DNA from: Cyanidioschyzon merolae
Taxonomy: Eukaryota
DNA length: 64,000 bases
Assembly: GCA_000091205.1 (NCBI GenBank)
Contig: AP006483.2
Direction: 5' to 3' (one strand)
The notes beneath the pieces were generated by a model. The model saw only the letters and a program-made list of their open reading frames with translations, had not been told where the DNA came from and ran no database searches. Position numbers and translations under genes: made by a program. Below, piece after piece: positions 21,647 through 32,169 of this stretch; position 1 is the first letter of the stretch; each line of letters opens with the position of its first letter.

Positions 21647-22130
21647 GCGCCTTGAAGGAGGATGAAAGTCAGAGGCTCCTAGTAGCATACGGAGCAGGGC
21701 GATGGAAGATCCAAAAAGAAACTATGCCAGCTCCAACGACGAGAACATTCAAAGAGTGCGCAAGGCGCTTCGTTACGATACCTGTAGATGAGTTCCGAAT
21801 GTCCTACACACACCATGAACTGGGATGTACACTTCAGAACGTCGAGATGGAAAAGTGCCAGCGGAGCCCTGAGGAGGATATAGCAAAATATGGACCGCTG
21901 GCGGAAGAGCAAATGGAAAGGAGAGCGAAAGCTCGAGGACTACTTGCATTAGTAAGTACAACCAACGATGGCAAGAAACGGATGGAGTTTGTGAATCGAG
22001 ACTTGAACGCCGCGATCAATATACGGGGATGGGCGGTGATGGAGCATAAACCTCCAGACAGGACAAGAGTGAACTTTATCGGACAATCACTTCAAGTCGA
22101 ACTATATGAGAAAAAGTTGAAACCAGTAGT
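21394..22130 (+). CDS. Fanzor/TnpB-like nuclease, segment 3 (RuvC-II, zinc finger, RuvC-III); ancestral stop at 22128-22130
   Basis: Contains LLVAYGAGRW ... FVTIPVDEFRMSYTHHELGCTLQNVEMEKCQ ... KKRMEFVNRDLNAAINIRGWAV. Comparison with copy B (aaaaagccaagccgatag) shows a 1-nt insertion in A (aaaaagttgaaaccagtag). This shifts the ancestral TAG out of frame, so the track ORF reads through to 22365. Confidence 0.6.
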
Positions 22131-23055
22131 CGTTGGCCGGTCCAAAAAACTGGGAGGCGTCTGCACGTCACTTGGAGACTTCTTGTCTAGGGCAGGCTTC
22201 TCGCCACTATTGTACCACTGGCAGCAGCGTTTGTCTTTTGAAAGGCGTTTGTTGTTGGAGGTGGGCGTGAACGAAGGCCACTGTGAAAAGTCTGCGTCAA
22301 GTCGCTTTTTCTTTCGTACTCCCAGGCCTTCTGCAGCTGAGCAAACTACTGAACCGAGCGCTTAGGGCGACTCGGGTTTCTGTGAGAGGCAGCCCGCGGT
22401 TGGTATCATGGTGCGGCACACGCCTCGGCGAGGTTCGGGTGTGGGCACTGCAGCCCCAGCGGTTGCGTCCACATCCAGAGCAAAGCACGGACCTGTTGCT
22501 GCAACAGCGGTGCCACAGCAGGCATCCACACCCCCGTGCGATGTCTCTGGAGAGGACCATGCGTCCCAGCCAGGCGCCTCAGCGGAGACGCTTGAGGTGC
22601 CCAGCGACTTTGGGTGCGACGACTTGCGCCCTGCAGCAAGCGCAACCCGGGATTCGGGCAAGCACCTGGAGCCGGACGCCGAACGGTTTGGCTCTTTGGA
22701 ACAGGTGCGTCAGGAAGCCGAAGCAGGAACGGAACTGACGCGCTCTGCACTGGGTCCTCGCCAAGTGCGGAAGCGAGTGGTGCAGCGTCGGTCCGCGACA
22801 GGCGCTGCAGAGCGAGCCCCAGTGAGTACGCACCCGCCGTCTGATGCGGCTCCAAGGAGCGGCACCTCTGTCGGAGGAACCAACACAGGACAGAGCGGGC
22901 AGGATGCTTGGCACCCAGCGGGTGCTTCTGGACCGGATGCCCCGGAAACCCCAGCTGCGTTCATCACCAGTGCTGCTGTTCCCGAAAGCACCGGTGCTGA
23001 TCTTCGTTGGACGCCTGCTCCCTCATCGGAGCATCTCACCAGAGGCGCTGTCGTC

Positions 23056-24816
23056 ATGCGTTCGCCACAGGTCGACGGACCGGCCACAGCCGTCATCAAG
23101 CGCTGTCCGAACTGCGGGGGTGATGATCTCGAGTTTGGTAGCAGTTCGGGCCAAACAGCGTGCATGCTCTGCGGACATGTCGTTGAGGAGAACACCGTAG
23201 TCAATGAGCTCCAGTTCGTAGAGGGTGCTGGCGGTCACAGTGCCGTCGTAGGTCAGTTCGTACGCACCGGCAGCAGCGGAGCAGCGTCGCTGGGCGCAGC
23301 CGCTGCAGCCACCGCAGCCGGTGCGTCGCTGCTCTATAACGCATCCACGGCCGGTGTGACGCGTCTCACCATAGGGCATCGGGAGTCGCGGGAACTCACG
23401 TACGCAGCCGGACGCCGGAGAATCGCCACCATCGCTTCGCAGTTACACCTGCCGCCGCGGTTTGTGGATGCAGCGCATCGTTTGTTCACGCTGGCTGTCC
23501 AGCACAATTTCGTGCAGGGCAGGCGTACCCAGACGGTGGCGGCTGCAGCGCTCTACATTGTCTGTCGACGGGAGAAGACGCCGCATCTGCTCATTGACTT
23601 TAGCGATACGCTGCGTATCAATGTGTACGTCCTGGGTCATACTTATCTGAAATTGTGCCGCGTTCTGCATTTGGCATTGCCGATCATTGATCCTTCGTTT
23701 TACATTCACCGGTTTGCAAGTCGGTTAGATCTGGGCGAGAAGCAGAATGCAGTAGCGCAAACCGCACTGCGTCTGATCAGTCGAATGAAGAGGGACTGGA
23801 TCCATACTGGGCGGCGTCCGGCTGGTCTCTGTGGGGCAGCACTGCTCATTGCAGCTCGTATGCACGGCTTCCGTCGCTCGCAGCGTGAAATAGGTGCCGT
23901 CGTTCGTGTCGGTGATATGACCATTCGCCAGCGACTCTGTGAGATCGAAGAGACGCCCACTGGAACGCTCACTGGTCGAGAGCTTGCCGCCGAGTCGGGC
24001 TTGATCGAATCCGTTGCCGAGGAAGACACCACCGAGGCGCCTCTGGCGGCAACCGCGGATACCTCCGCAAACGCAGTGTCACCTGAGGCAGTTGACACAC
24101 TCGACGGCTGCGACCCGCCAGCGTTCCGGCGCCGGCACGCGTTGTCGTCGTCGTCGTCATTGGAGTGGCTCGAGCAGCAACACCACGTCCTGGAACAGAG
24201 CAAGGCAGCTGAACAGGACATTGTCGCGGATACCTCGCTTACCGAGCAGGAGCGAGCTTTTCTGGAAGCCTCCGCCACTGCCGAGGGCGAGCGCGTACCC
24301 GTAACGGTACTGGTGGCACCGGCAACGTCCCACGGTGCAGTCTCGAACTACGTCGGCTCGGTGAGGCGCGAGGCCTCGGGACCCCTGGCCCCGCTTGGCG
24401 CTGCAGCGGATGAGCGTGCCGCAAACCCGGTGACAACGGGCGTTATCGCTGGTACATCTGGTCTGTCGACGCGATCCGGCCCCGAGGGCGGAGCGAATTA
24501 TCGCTGGCTAAGCGACCGAGTCGAAGAGCTCAGCGACCTCGACTCCGAGGAGGAGGCTATGTTCGTGTGCACGCCCGAGGAAACTGCCTTTCGGGAGAAA
24601 ATATGGACGGCGATGAACCAGGAATGGATCGAGCGTGAGGCTGAAATCGCTCGTTGGGAACGCGACGATCCCGAGCGGTACCAGCGTCTCATGCGCAAAC
24701 GAGAGTACATGCGTGGTTTCTACAAATCCAACGCCAGCAACAGCGCCGCTGCTGAAGCGCCCTGGAGTCACAGCGCCACAGCAACAGCAGCAGCAGCAGC
24801 AGTTGCAACAACAACG

Positions 24817-24861
<45 letters not shown>

Positions 24862-25269
24862 CCTGGTGGCGAGCGTCCCAGTACAGTTGCACCTGCCGCA
24901 GTCGAGGCGGTCGTGCGCTCCGTACGCGACGCTGTGCGCAGCGCAGTGACGCACTCGAAGCGTACGAGCAAGAAAATCAACTATGATGCCCTAGAACAGT
25001 ACGACCTTGGCGGCCGTGGCGACTCGATTCCAACAAACGATGCCGAAACAGTCGCAGTCGCAGATGCTGCCGGGCGTCCATCGCAGCCAGCACCGAGTCT
25101 GTTTGACTTTGGTGATCAACCTGCACCCGAGAGACGACCACCGGTTGCGCAGTCGTCGATACCAGCACCAACGCGCGTAGCGAAACGCGTTGTTCGGCAG
25201 CAGCAGCACCATCAACAACAACAACAACGCGCCGCCTCCGCTACCCCTCAACCGACGCACCAGACATGA
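23056..25269 (+). CDS. BRF1: Transcription factor IIIB subunit BRF1 (TFIIB-related factor)
   Basis: Zinc ribbon CPNCGGDDLEF....CMLCGHVV sits directly after the ATG at 23056. Two cyclin-fold repeats follow (IASQLHLPPRFVDAAHRLFTLAV...; NAVAQTALRLISRMKRDWIHTGRRPAGLCGAALLIAARMHGF). A long C-terminal region carries a poly-Q/A tract. The track ORF opens at 22408 (216 codons upstream), but BRF1 proteins start at the zinc ribbon. Confidence 0.75.
24781..24862. repeat. (CAG/GCA)n trinucleotide tract encoding poly-Q/poly-A inside BRF1
   Basis: gcaacagcagcagcagcagcagttgcaacaacaacgacagcagcagcagcagcagcagcagcagcagcagcagcagcagc. Confidence 0.9.
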
Positions 25270-25705
25270 CGGAGCTAGGCGACGGAGCGTGCAGCAATCC
25301 AGGACGTTTCGTAATACATGGTGTTTAGGTACGGATCCGAGCGCATGACGGATACAAGGCTTACGCGTGTGCTGCTTCCGTTTCCCCGTATGCGCCTCGG
25401 ATGACTTGCGCAATAGACGGGACATATCCAGCTGCTTGGTGTAAACTCTGCTCGATGCTGCGTAGCGCCTGTGGACGTGAACCAGGCAAAGGCACGTGCA
25501 GGTCGGAACCTACCAACACCATCATCCTTGGATGCGAGGCTGGTGTTCGTGACCCTGAAGGTGGCGCGCGGGCCGGTGGATCACGGATGTCGCGTGCCTT
25601 CCTCCAGCGCGCAGCGCGAACGCAACGTATGACAGTAGCTAGCGGTGGTAGAGGCGAGTTGTTTCTGAACGCCTCGCGCGATACACGAGTCGAATGCGGG
25701 AGCGT

Positions 25706-28126
25706 TCAGTGATCCAGTGAGAAACTGCGGGAGAGCTCGCGAGAGCTTGCATCTGTCACCATGGAGATACGAGGCAAATCCGACGATGATTGCCTCGCGC
25801 GTGTCTTCTCCTGATGGCATCGAGGGCAGGCTTTCCATTCGGGCGGCAACCTTCGGACTTTTTCTGCGGTGACAATTTCTTCGACGCAAGCAGCTGCGTC
25901 TTCATCGCTTTCGTCGCCGGTGGTGTTCTCGGCATCGTCATGGTCATCATCATCATCATCATCGTCATCATCGTCGTCGTTATCATCGATCGCAGACGGT
26001 GTATACGACGACATGGCTCGTTGATTGGCCGTGTTCGACGTTAGTGTCGGTATATCGTCCATGGAATCGTCGAACGAGTGTCGTGCTTCATCTATCGTTC
26101 GAACCGATTCGATACTTGTCCGGTTCGTCTCGCCAAGCTGTGCGCTTTCCGAGCGCTCCATCCCTCGAGTTTTGCACATATCATTCTCACTACTTATGGT
26201 CGCCAGCACTGCCAGGAGCTGTTCTTTCGCGGGTCCGCGGATGACACCGTCACGTGGCCATTCTACATCGAATTCAATAAAAAGATCTCCATAGTCGAGC
26301 GGTGTACTTGCATATCTTCGCCGTTTTGGCATGCCCTTGTGCGGGATCCGTTTCACCGTGCCGGGGCGTGTCACGCTGCCGTCACGACTCTGCACCATGA
26401 TGGTGCGTCCGTCCAGAAGTTTCAGCGTAAACGAGAACCCGCACAACGCCTCTGCCAGTGTGAGCTTCTTGCGCATTCGCAAATCATCGCCTACACGGGT
26501 GAAGCGCGGATGCGGCTTCTCTCGCAGAACGAAGATGACAGCGCCGGCTTCCGCCCCTGGATACGCGGCGTTTCCGCATCCGGGGAATTCCACCCGATCG
26601 CCATCGCGCATGCCAGGTTCCACCCGGATCGTGAGCGCGCACTCCTCGCGGCAAGGTCGTCCGTCTAACCCAAAGCCCGATCTCTCAATCGCAACGCGTA
26701 TCGCCCGACCCCGGTAAAAGTCTGCCAGATCAAAAGCGAGCTCGTGCACGATGTTGTGCACAGCTGTTGCGTTGCTCGTCGATTTCGTGGCCCGCTGGCC
26801 ATCACCACGATCCGTGCCCTCGGTGCCAGTGCTCGCGCTCGAAGACAGGCTGTGCCCAGACCACAAGCTGAGCTTTTCAGGTTGCGAGGCAGAATCTGAC
26901 ACAGTATCACAGGGCATCTTGTGGAGGCACCGATCGAGACCTTGACGTTCCGCTATCGACGCGCTGCATCCGTTATCCCACCAGCCGTATGCGGGACCCC
27001 CAGCGCCAGTGAAACCGTACGGAGTCGTGGTCGCTGCATTAGCCGTCCCCTGATCAGTGCTAGCGTGATCGCCAGCGTTCGGTCCACTGCGATTCCGTGA
27101 GGCACGGAGCACCCGCTCCCGAAGCTGCCGAGTTTTCAAACTGCGACATCGAATGAAATCGCTCAGTTGCAGAATCATGTTCAAGAGACGCCGATCCCGC
27201 ACGCAGCGGTAACCAAACGTATCGTAGACGCGACGGCGCTCGGGGTCACTGATCGTCTCAAAGGCAAGTTGAATCTCTTGCGTTCGATCCACATACGCCT
27301 TTCGAATGTTCTCCAAACGTTCCAAGCCCTGCTCCGTCGTCTCTCTGCTGCAGTGAGCATGTTCACTACATCGTCGGTACGCGTTCATTAAGGCCGTTAT
27401 GCGATCTGGATGGTACTTGCATATCTCTCGAAGATACGCGTTCCGAATCTGACGCAAATTATGCATATCCCGCGGTATCCCAAGGACCTGATACAACCGG
27501 TCACGCTCCTCGGTCAGCGGCGGGGGCATTTGCAGCTGCTCGATCGAGTTCAGCACGGACGTGAGCCGTTGGGGTGCCTCTAGGTTGGCGCCTGAGTGCC
27601 CGTCCAGACAAGAAGCAGTTGCCTCCATCGATGCATGCTGCTCCGTTGAGGAATCGGAGTTTTGCGAGGACCGCAAACCGTTGGTCGCGCCATGCTCCAG
27701 CAAGTTACGCACACCAACGCCGAAAGGCGCCTGTGCCCTCGCCACGTTCGTTGTGCCTTGCGGTGCTTGCTCGCCGCCGGTCGGCCCATACAAGGACCCA
27801 AGGTCCTGCTGCCGCAAGGCGATATCCGGGAACGCGTTCACAGCGATGGCGGGACTCTCGGATATCGCACGTACAGCAGACGCCACCGGTCTCCCGAGCG
27901 TCTTGAACTGGGGCGTCCCCGACGGACGCATAGCGCGACGGACCGCACGCGCAGGGCTCCCGTCATGACCGAGCCGTTCATCGCTCCCGGAGTTTATCAT
28001 CCTGGTCTGTCCAGAAGCGTGAACAGAAGCCGCAGGTAACCTAGCGCTACCCGTCAAGTGGTGTGAAGCTCCGTCGCCCCCCAGCTCCATTCTGTTTCCC
28101 CCAAACCGTTCACCAGTGGGCAACAT
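25706..28126 (-). CDS. DnaJ/Hsp40 family protein with atypical (insert-containing) J domain and DnaJ C-terminal substrate-binding domain
   Basis: J domain is YQVLGIPRDMHNLRQIRNAYLREICKYHPDR ... ISDPERRRVYDTFG (HPD present, with ~25 aa inserted before helix IV). The DnaJ_C-like region is AIRVAIERSGFGLDGRPCREECALTIRVEPGMRDGDRVEFPG...LTLAEALCGFSFTLKLLDGRTIMVQ. A poly-Asp tail lies near the C-terminus. ATG at 28126. Confidence 0.6.
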   Translation of the reverse strand: MLPTGERFGGNRMELGGDGASHHLTGSARLPAASVHASGQTRMINSGSDERLGHDGSPARAVRRAMRPSGTPQFKTLGRPVASAVRAISESPAIAVNAFPDIALRQQDLGSLYGPTGGEQAPQGTTNVARAQAPFGVGVRNLLEHGATNGLRSSQNSDSSTEQHASMEATASCLDGHSGANLEAPQRLTSVLNSIEQLQMPPPLTEERDRLYQVLGIPRDMHNLRQIRNAYLREICKYHPDRITALMNAYRRCSEHAHCSRETTEQGLERLENIRKAYVDRTQEIQLAFETISDPERRRVYDTFGYRCVRDRRLLNMILQLSDFIRCRSLKTRQLRERVLRASRNRSGPNAGDHASTDQGTANAATTTPYGFTGAGGPAYGWWDNGCSASIAERQGLDRCLHKMPCDTVSDSASQPEKLSLWSGHSLSSSASTGTEGTDRGDGQRATKSTSNATAVHNIVHELAFDLADFYRGRAIRVAIERSGFGLDGRPCREECALTIRVEPGMRDGDRVEFPGCGNAAYPGAEAGAVIFVLREKPHPRFTRVGDDLRMRKKLTLAEALCGFSFTLKLLDGRTIMVQSRDGSVTRPGTVKRIPHKGMPKRRRYASTPLDYGDLFIEFDVEWPRDGVIRGPAKEQLLAVLATISSENDMCKTRGMERSESAQLGETNRTSIESVRTIDEARHSFDDSMDDIPTLTSNTANQRAMSSYTPSAIDDNDDDDDDDDDDDDHDDAENTTGDESDEDAAACVEEIVTAEKVRRLPPEWKACPRCHQEKTRARQSSSDLPRISMVTDASSRELSRSFSLDH

Positions 28127-28296
28127 TCAAACGCCAGCTCTGCCCTAGCCGCAATACATTCAAACCCTCGTTAATCCAATCACAAAAGCAGAAGAACAAT
28201 CCTCTAAACCGAGAAGCGCACACAAAACAAAAGCAAAGCACCTGCTCTAGACGACAGGGAAGCGCGCAGAGACGCACGCACCGACGTGTTCGTTAT

Positions 28297-28330
28297 GCGT
28301 GCGTGCGTGCGTGCGTGCGTGCATCTGCGC
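28297..28330. repeat. (GCGT)n microsatellite in CpG-rich divergent intergenic region
   Basis: tgcgtgcgtgcgtgcgtgcgtgcgtgcat. The surrounding 28.2-28.6 kb is extremely GC/CpG-rich. Confidence 0.85.
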
Positions 28331-30004
28331 GTCCATGCGTGCAAATCGATCCGCGCCAGCCACGGAACTGGAGACGACGGCGTCTGGAAGGCATCCAAAG
28401 TGCGTCTCGATCGCGCGCGCGCGCACGCAGGCGTGGGCCCCCAGAGCGCGATGCGCGCGAGCAACAGCAGCAGCGGCGGCGAGCGCGCGCGCGACGCATC
28501 ATCACGCCTTCGATCGCCGCCAGTGCATCGTGCAGGCAGGCGCTGAGATTGCGAGCGCGCTCCTACGACGCTCATGCGGATCGAAGCGGCACTGCTGCGT
28601 GAACGTGCGCTGGCGCGACGATTTGCAGCTGCGTGCCCCTGCGATCTCATCTGTCATCGAGAGACGCATCACGCATCACCGCAGGGACACGTGTCGCGCT
28701 CCGAGTGTTTTATTGCAGGCAGTAGGCTGCGAGGCGTACCTCGATTCGGACGGGCAGCTCGGTGGATATCTGCAGCACCACGTACGTTACTGCTTGGACC
28801 TGCTAGTATTTCTGGGTTGCTGGATAGTGCTCGTGCATGCCTATTTTCACGAGGCTGCTTCGGAAGCGCTCTCCACGCAATGTAGCCGCTGTTGGTAAGC
28901 GGTGTGGATAGCGAAATATGTGCGGCTGCGCTGCTGTCTGCTGCTTGGTTGAGTTTCACGATGAGCAAGAAAAGATGATTTTTCACCTGTTGCTTTACTG
29001 ATGCCTTGCTTGGTATTGGAATGCATCGCGCAAGCAAGGTCAAGTTGGGACATCCAGTACGACGCACTGCTGCATTGCTTGCGGCTTGCGCATGACGTAT
29101 GGGTGCGCGCTGCCGCATGCCCTGCTAGGCGCGATAGAGCACGCGGTCCACGACACCGGAGCTCGCGCAGTCACACCGGCACCGCTGCACTGCAAACAAT
29201 GGAAGCGTTGCTTGCAACATGGAAGAAATCGGATACGTCTGCTAGAAGAGTGCATCGCCCAAAAGCGCTATGATAGAGGTGTCCTGCTCGGTCGCGCACA
29301 GGCACCAGTCGCTGCACCTAGCAGCCTCCAATGGCAAATCAAACCAACCTAAAGCATTTATTAGCCTCTTTGATCCAAGCGTTCGACATACGCCCCACAG
29401 AGTACTTGGATATAGCTGTTCAAGGTGGTGCGTCGACGAGGCTTGCCGCTCCTGTCGTCCAGTCCCGTACGACGTGATATCGAGACTGAGCACCAATGAG
29501 CCCGATTCGTGAGGACGCTGAACTTTTGGATTGAGTCCAGAATCACCCGGGCTACCGAAAGACTTTCCAATGTACGTTTTACACACTTTGTGCAATGCAC
29601 TGACCTCGACGAAGCGTATGCTCCCCGACTCGGCCGCGGAAGAGCGAGCGGGCGCCTGCCGCCCAGCCGCCGGTCATGCCGCCGCGCACACCGCTGCACC
29701 CCAGCGCAGGCGCTGGTTTCGCGGCGGCTGCAACGCCTGCCAGCAAACACGATAGCGAGACGGCTGAAGCGCTGGCGAGCTTGCAGACAAGAACGCGTGC
29801 GTTGAGCTGTTTCGCCTCAGCACGTCGTTCTGTGCTTTCAGTTACGTCAGAGTGGGATTGCGTGCGGTGGCCAATTGTGCTGACGTGGAACGATCTCGTT
29901 GGCTTTGTCGTACACGAAAGCCATTCAAGTAGGTTAGGCGTTGGAGGTAGAGGTGCGCGAAGGGCGTTGGACTCGCAGCTGCTTGTCAGCGTTCATACAA
30001 TAGT

Positions 30005-31936
30005 ATGAGTTTGCTGTTTTCGTCCGCAGCTGCCTACAGCTCTGCCCGCGGACAGCGGCAGGCACTGGCGAGGGTTTCTTGCTGCCACGGTAGCTGGCGT
30101 TCGGAGCGAGCCCCACACCTGCCGTCAGCCGCCACCAGCAGGGTGCAGCCGCGCGCAGCTCGTCTGCCTTGGCGCATGGGAACGGACGCGCCTCCGCGGT
30201 CTGCTGAACCGGCTCCCGACTGGGATGGGCACCAAACTTTGCCCCGGTCTCATAAGAGTCCCTCTTTCCCACCGGACGGTCCGGAGAGTACCAGCGATGA
30301 GCGCACACGAGTTCTGGCGTTGGCGAACGAAAACGAACCTGAGCGAGCGCTTGCGCTCTGCACCACGCTCTATCAGCGCGGCGTTGCTGTGGATACACAT
30401 GCGTACACGTCTATTCTGAACGCCTACCGCCACAGAGGTGACGCTGACGGAGTGGTGCACGTGCTAGGAGTGATGGCGGCGCGCGGCGTGCCTGCGAGCG
30501 ACGTTACCGCACTGCTCGCTTTTCGAGCACTTCGAGATGCCCGCCGAGCAGACGCAGTGGTGCGCGCTGTGCAGCTCATTGAGAGTTCAGGTGGCACCAT
30601 TGGCCTTCGAGGATGGAGTAACGCGCTCTCCTGCCTTGCCGAAAGGATCCGCTCGTTACCCGCCTCACATCCGGACCTGGACACCTATACCAAAGCGGGC
30701 TGGACGGTACTAGCGCGCATGCAGCGCATGCGACAGCATCGGAAGCCGAATGCATATGTATTCAACTCGTGGATGGCAATGTACGCGTCTCGAGGCGACT
30801 GGGACGGCGCAATGGCAGTGTTCGGAGCTATGGTTGCCGGTGCTCGGGTATGTCCCGATGTTGTCAGCTACAACATCCTCTTTGAATGCCTTGCGCGCCG
30901 CTTTGCACGAACAAGGGTTCCGGCAGAGCGCGATGCCTGTCGAAAACTTGAAGCAGCGCTGGTGGAGTCCATGCGCTTGCACGGTATTGAACCAGATGCG
31001 CGGACGCTGTCGGCTCAGTTACGACTTGTTGAGCATGACCTCCACGCCGTACGCGCGATCGAGAGACGTGCCCTCTGGTACGGCGTCCGACTTGATTCTT
31101 TCTACGTGAACGCTTTAATTGATGCCTACGCTCGTATTGGTGAGCCAGCCGTAGCAGCAACCGTGCTGGAACGCCTCGCCGTCCACCATGATCAATGTCA
31201 AGCGGCAGCAGCGCAGGGACGATTCTCAGCGGAAACCGCCGCCTGTCCAACGGCGCTGCCGCCGATCACTGCCTACGCTCTGAACGGCGTGCTGAAAGCG
31301 TGTGCGCGAACCGGTGACGCTGAGCGTGCCTGGAAACTCGTACAAGGGATGGAGGAACGTTTCGGCATTCAACCAGATGCCATCTCGTTTACCTGTGCCA
31401 TAACAGCAGCGGGCAAGGCGTACGCGACGACGCTTGCACGCCATCTCTACGAACAGGCACGCGAACGCCTTTCCGACAAGGCGAACGTACGCTTGGCGAC
31501 TGCTGCGATCTTGGCAGAGCACGAAGATCCGGAGCCTGCCATTCGAGTATTCGAGCGGTTGCTACGCGATGCCGAGAAACTTCCATCAGCAGGCGCGTCT
31601 CTGTCTGGGTCATCCGCATCCGGCTCCATGGACCTCAGGGTACCTGTGCAGGCGCTTGTGCGCGTGTGTGGTCGAGCCCGTGCTCCTGCGCGAGCCAGAG
31701 AGATAATTTTAGCTGTCAAGCGGAGGCGCCTCTGTTTTATTGACTTGACCTATTACCAGTCGTTCATGAAAGGTGTTCAGGAATCGCAGGAACGTCGTCG
31801 CAAGCAGGGCATACGCGATCTGACGCCCCTGTCACCGCTCTCTGCACCATCACTCTACCTCTTGAAACTAGAGTGCACTGCACTCGGAGACACCCCGAAG
31901 ATTGGTAACTATGGTTCATCGTGGACGATTCGGTAA
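30005..31936 (+). CDS. Pentatricopeptide repeat (PPR) protein, probably organelle-targeted
   Basis: Repeated ~35-aa PPR-like units (YTSILNAYRHRGDADGVVHVLGVMAARGV; YVFNSWMAMYASRGDWDGAMAVFGAMV; VSYNILFECLARR; FYVNALIDAYARIGEPAVAATVLERL; ALNGVLKACARTGDAERAWKLVQGMEERFGIQPDAISFTCAI). ATG at 30005. Confidence 0.6.
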   Translation: MSLLFSSAAAYSSARGQRQALARVSCCHGSWRSERAPHLPSAATSRVQPRAARLPWRMGTDAPPRSAEPAPDWDGHQTLPRSHKSPSFPPDGPESTSDERTRVLALANENEPERALALCTTLYQRGVAVDTHAYTSILNAYRHRGDADGVVHVLGVMAARGVPASDVTALLAFRALRDARRADAVVRAVQLIESSGGTIGLRGWSNALSCLAERIRSLPASHPDLDTYTKAGWTVLARMQRMRQHRKPNAYVFNSWMAMYASRGDWDGAMAVFGAMVAGARVCPDVVSYNILFECLARRFARTRVPAERDACRKLEAALVESMRLHGIEPDARTLSAQLRLVEHDLHAVRAIERRALWYGVRLDSFYVNALIDAYARIGEPAVAATVLERLAVHHDQCQAAAAQGRFSAETAACPTALPPITAYALNGVLKACARTGDAERAWKLVQGMEERFGIQPDAISFTCAITAAGKAYATTLARHLYEQARERLSDKANVRLATAAILAEHEDPEPAIRVFERLLRDAEKLPSAGASLSGSSASGSMDLRVPVQALVRVCGRARAPARAREIILAVKRRRLCFIDLTYYQSFMKGVQESQERRRKQGIRDLTPLSPLSAPSLYLLKLECTALGDTPKIGNYGSSWTIR

Positions 31937-32169
31937 TGCCGTCCGACGCGAGGCTGTCGTCGATCCGTGGTGCCGCTACGGCTCTAGTCTAGAGGTTGCG
32001 ACTGCGTCCAAGTGTTAACAGGAAACAATTTCGAGCCTAAGAAGCGAAGCCGGCTGACCCAAATTGTTTGGGCATTCACGCGGAAATCGTCCCATGTGAA
32101 GATCTCGAAACTGCTTGTTCTGGTTCTCATTGTAGACGTCAAGAAGCGCAAACCTCCTGGTGTTTTCTG

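Larger units (their letters stand above)
20229..22250 (+). mobile_element. Fanzor/TnpB-like (OMEGA-type RuvC nuclease) element, copy A: full-length gene split over three reading frames plus a ~120-nt conserved 3' tail
   Basis: Three consecutive + strand ORFs in frames 0, 2 and 1 respectively (20229..20783, 20867..21646, 21394..22365). Together they carry Ruv[18 protein letters not shown] (D at ~21269). RuvC-II plus zinc finger is VDEFRMSYTHHELGC..EKC (E at ~21790). RuvC-III is KRMEFVNRDLNAAINI (D at ~22000). The right end is defined by homology to copies B and D (ggaggcgtct at 22153, ending ~22250). Confidence 0.7.

Noticed and set aside
22710-24954. Long minus-strand ORFs antisense to BRF1 (for example 23706..24278, 24508..24954) and antisense ORFs inside TSR1, DnaJ and the 51-55 kb gene
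   Set aside because: These are GC-rich codon-bias shadow frames, low-complexity (poly-C/A/L/R) with no motifs, and the sense-strand genes have clear homology.
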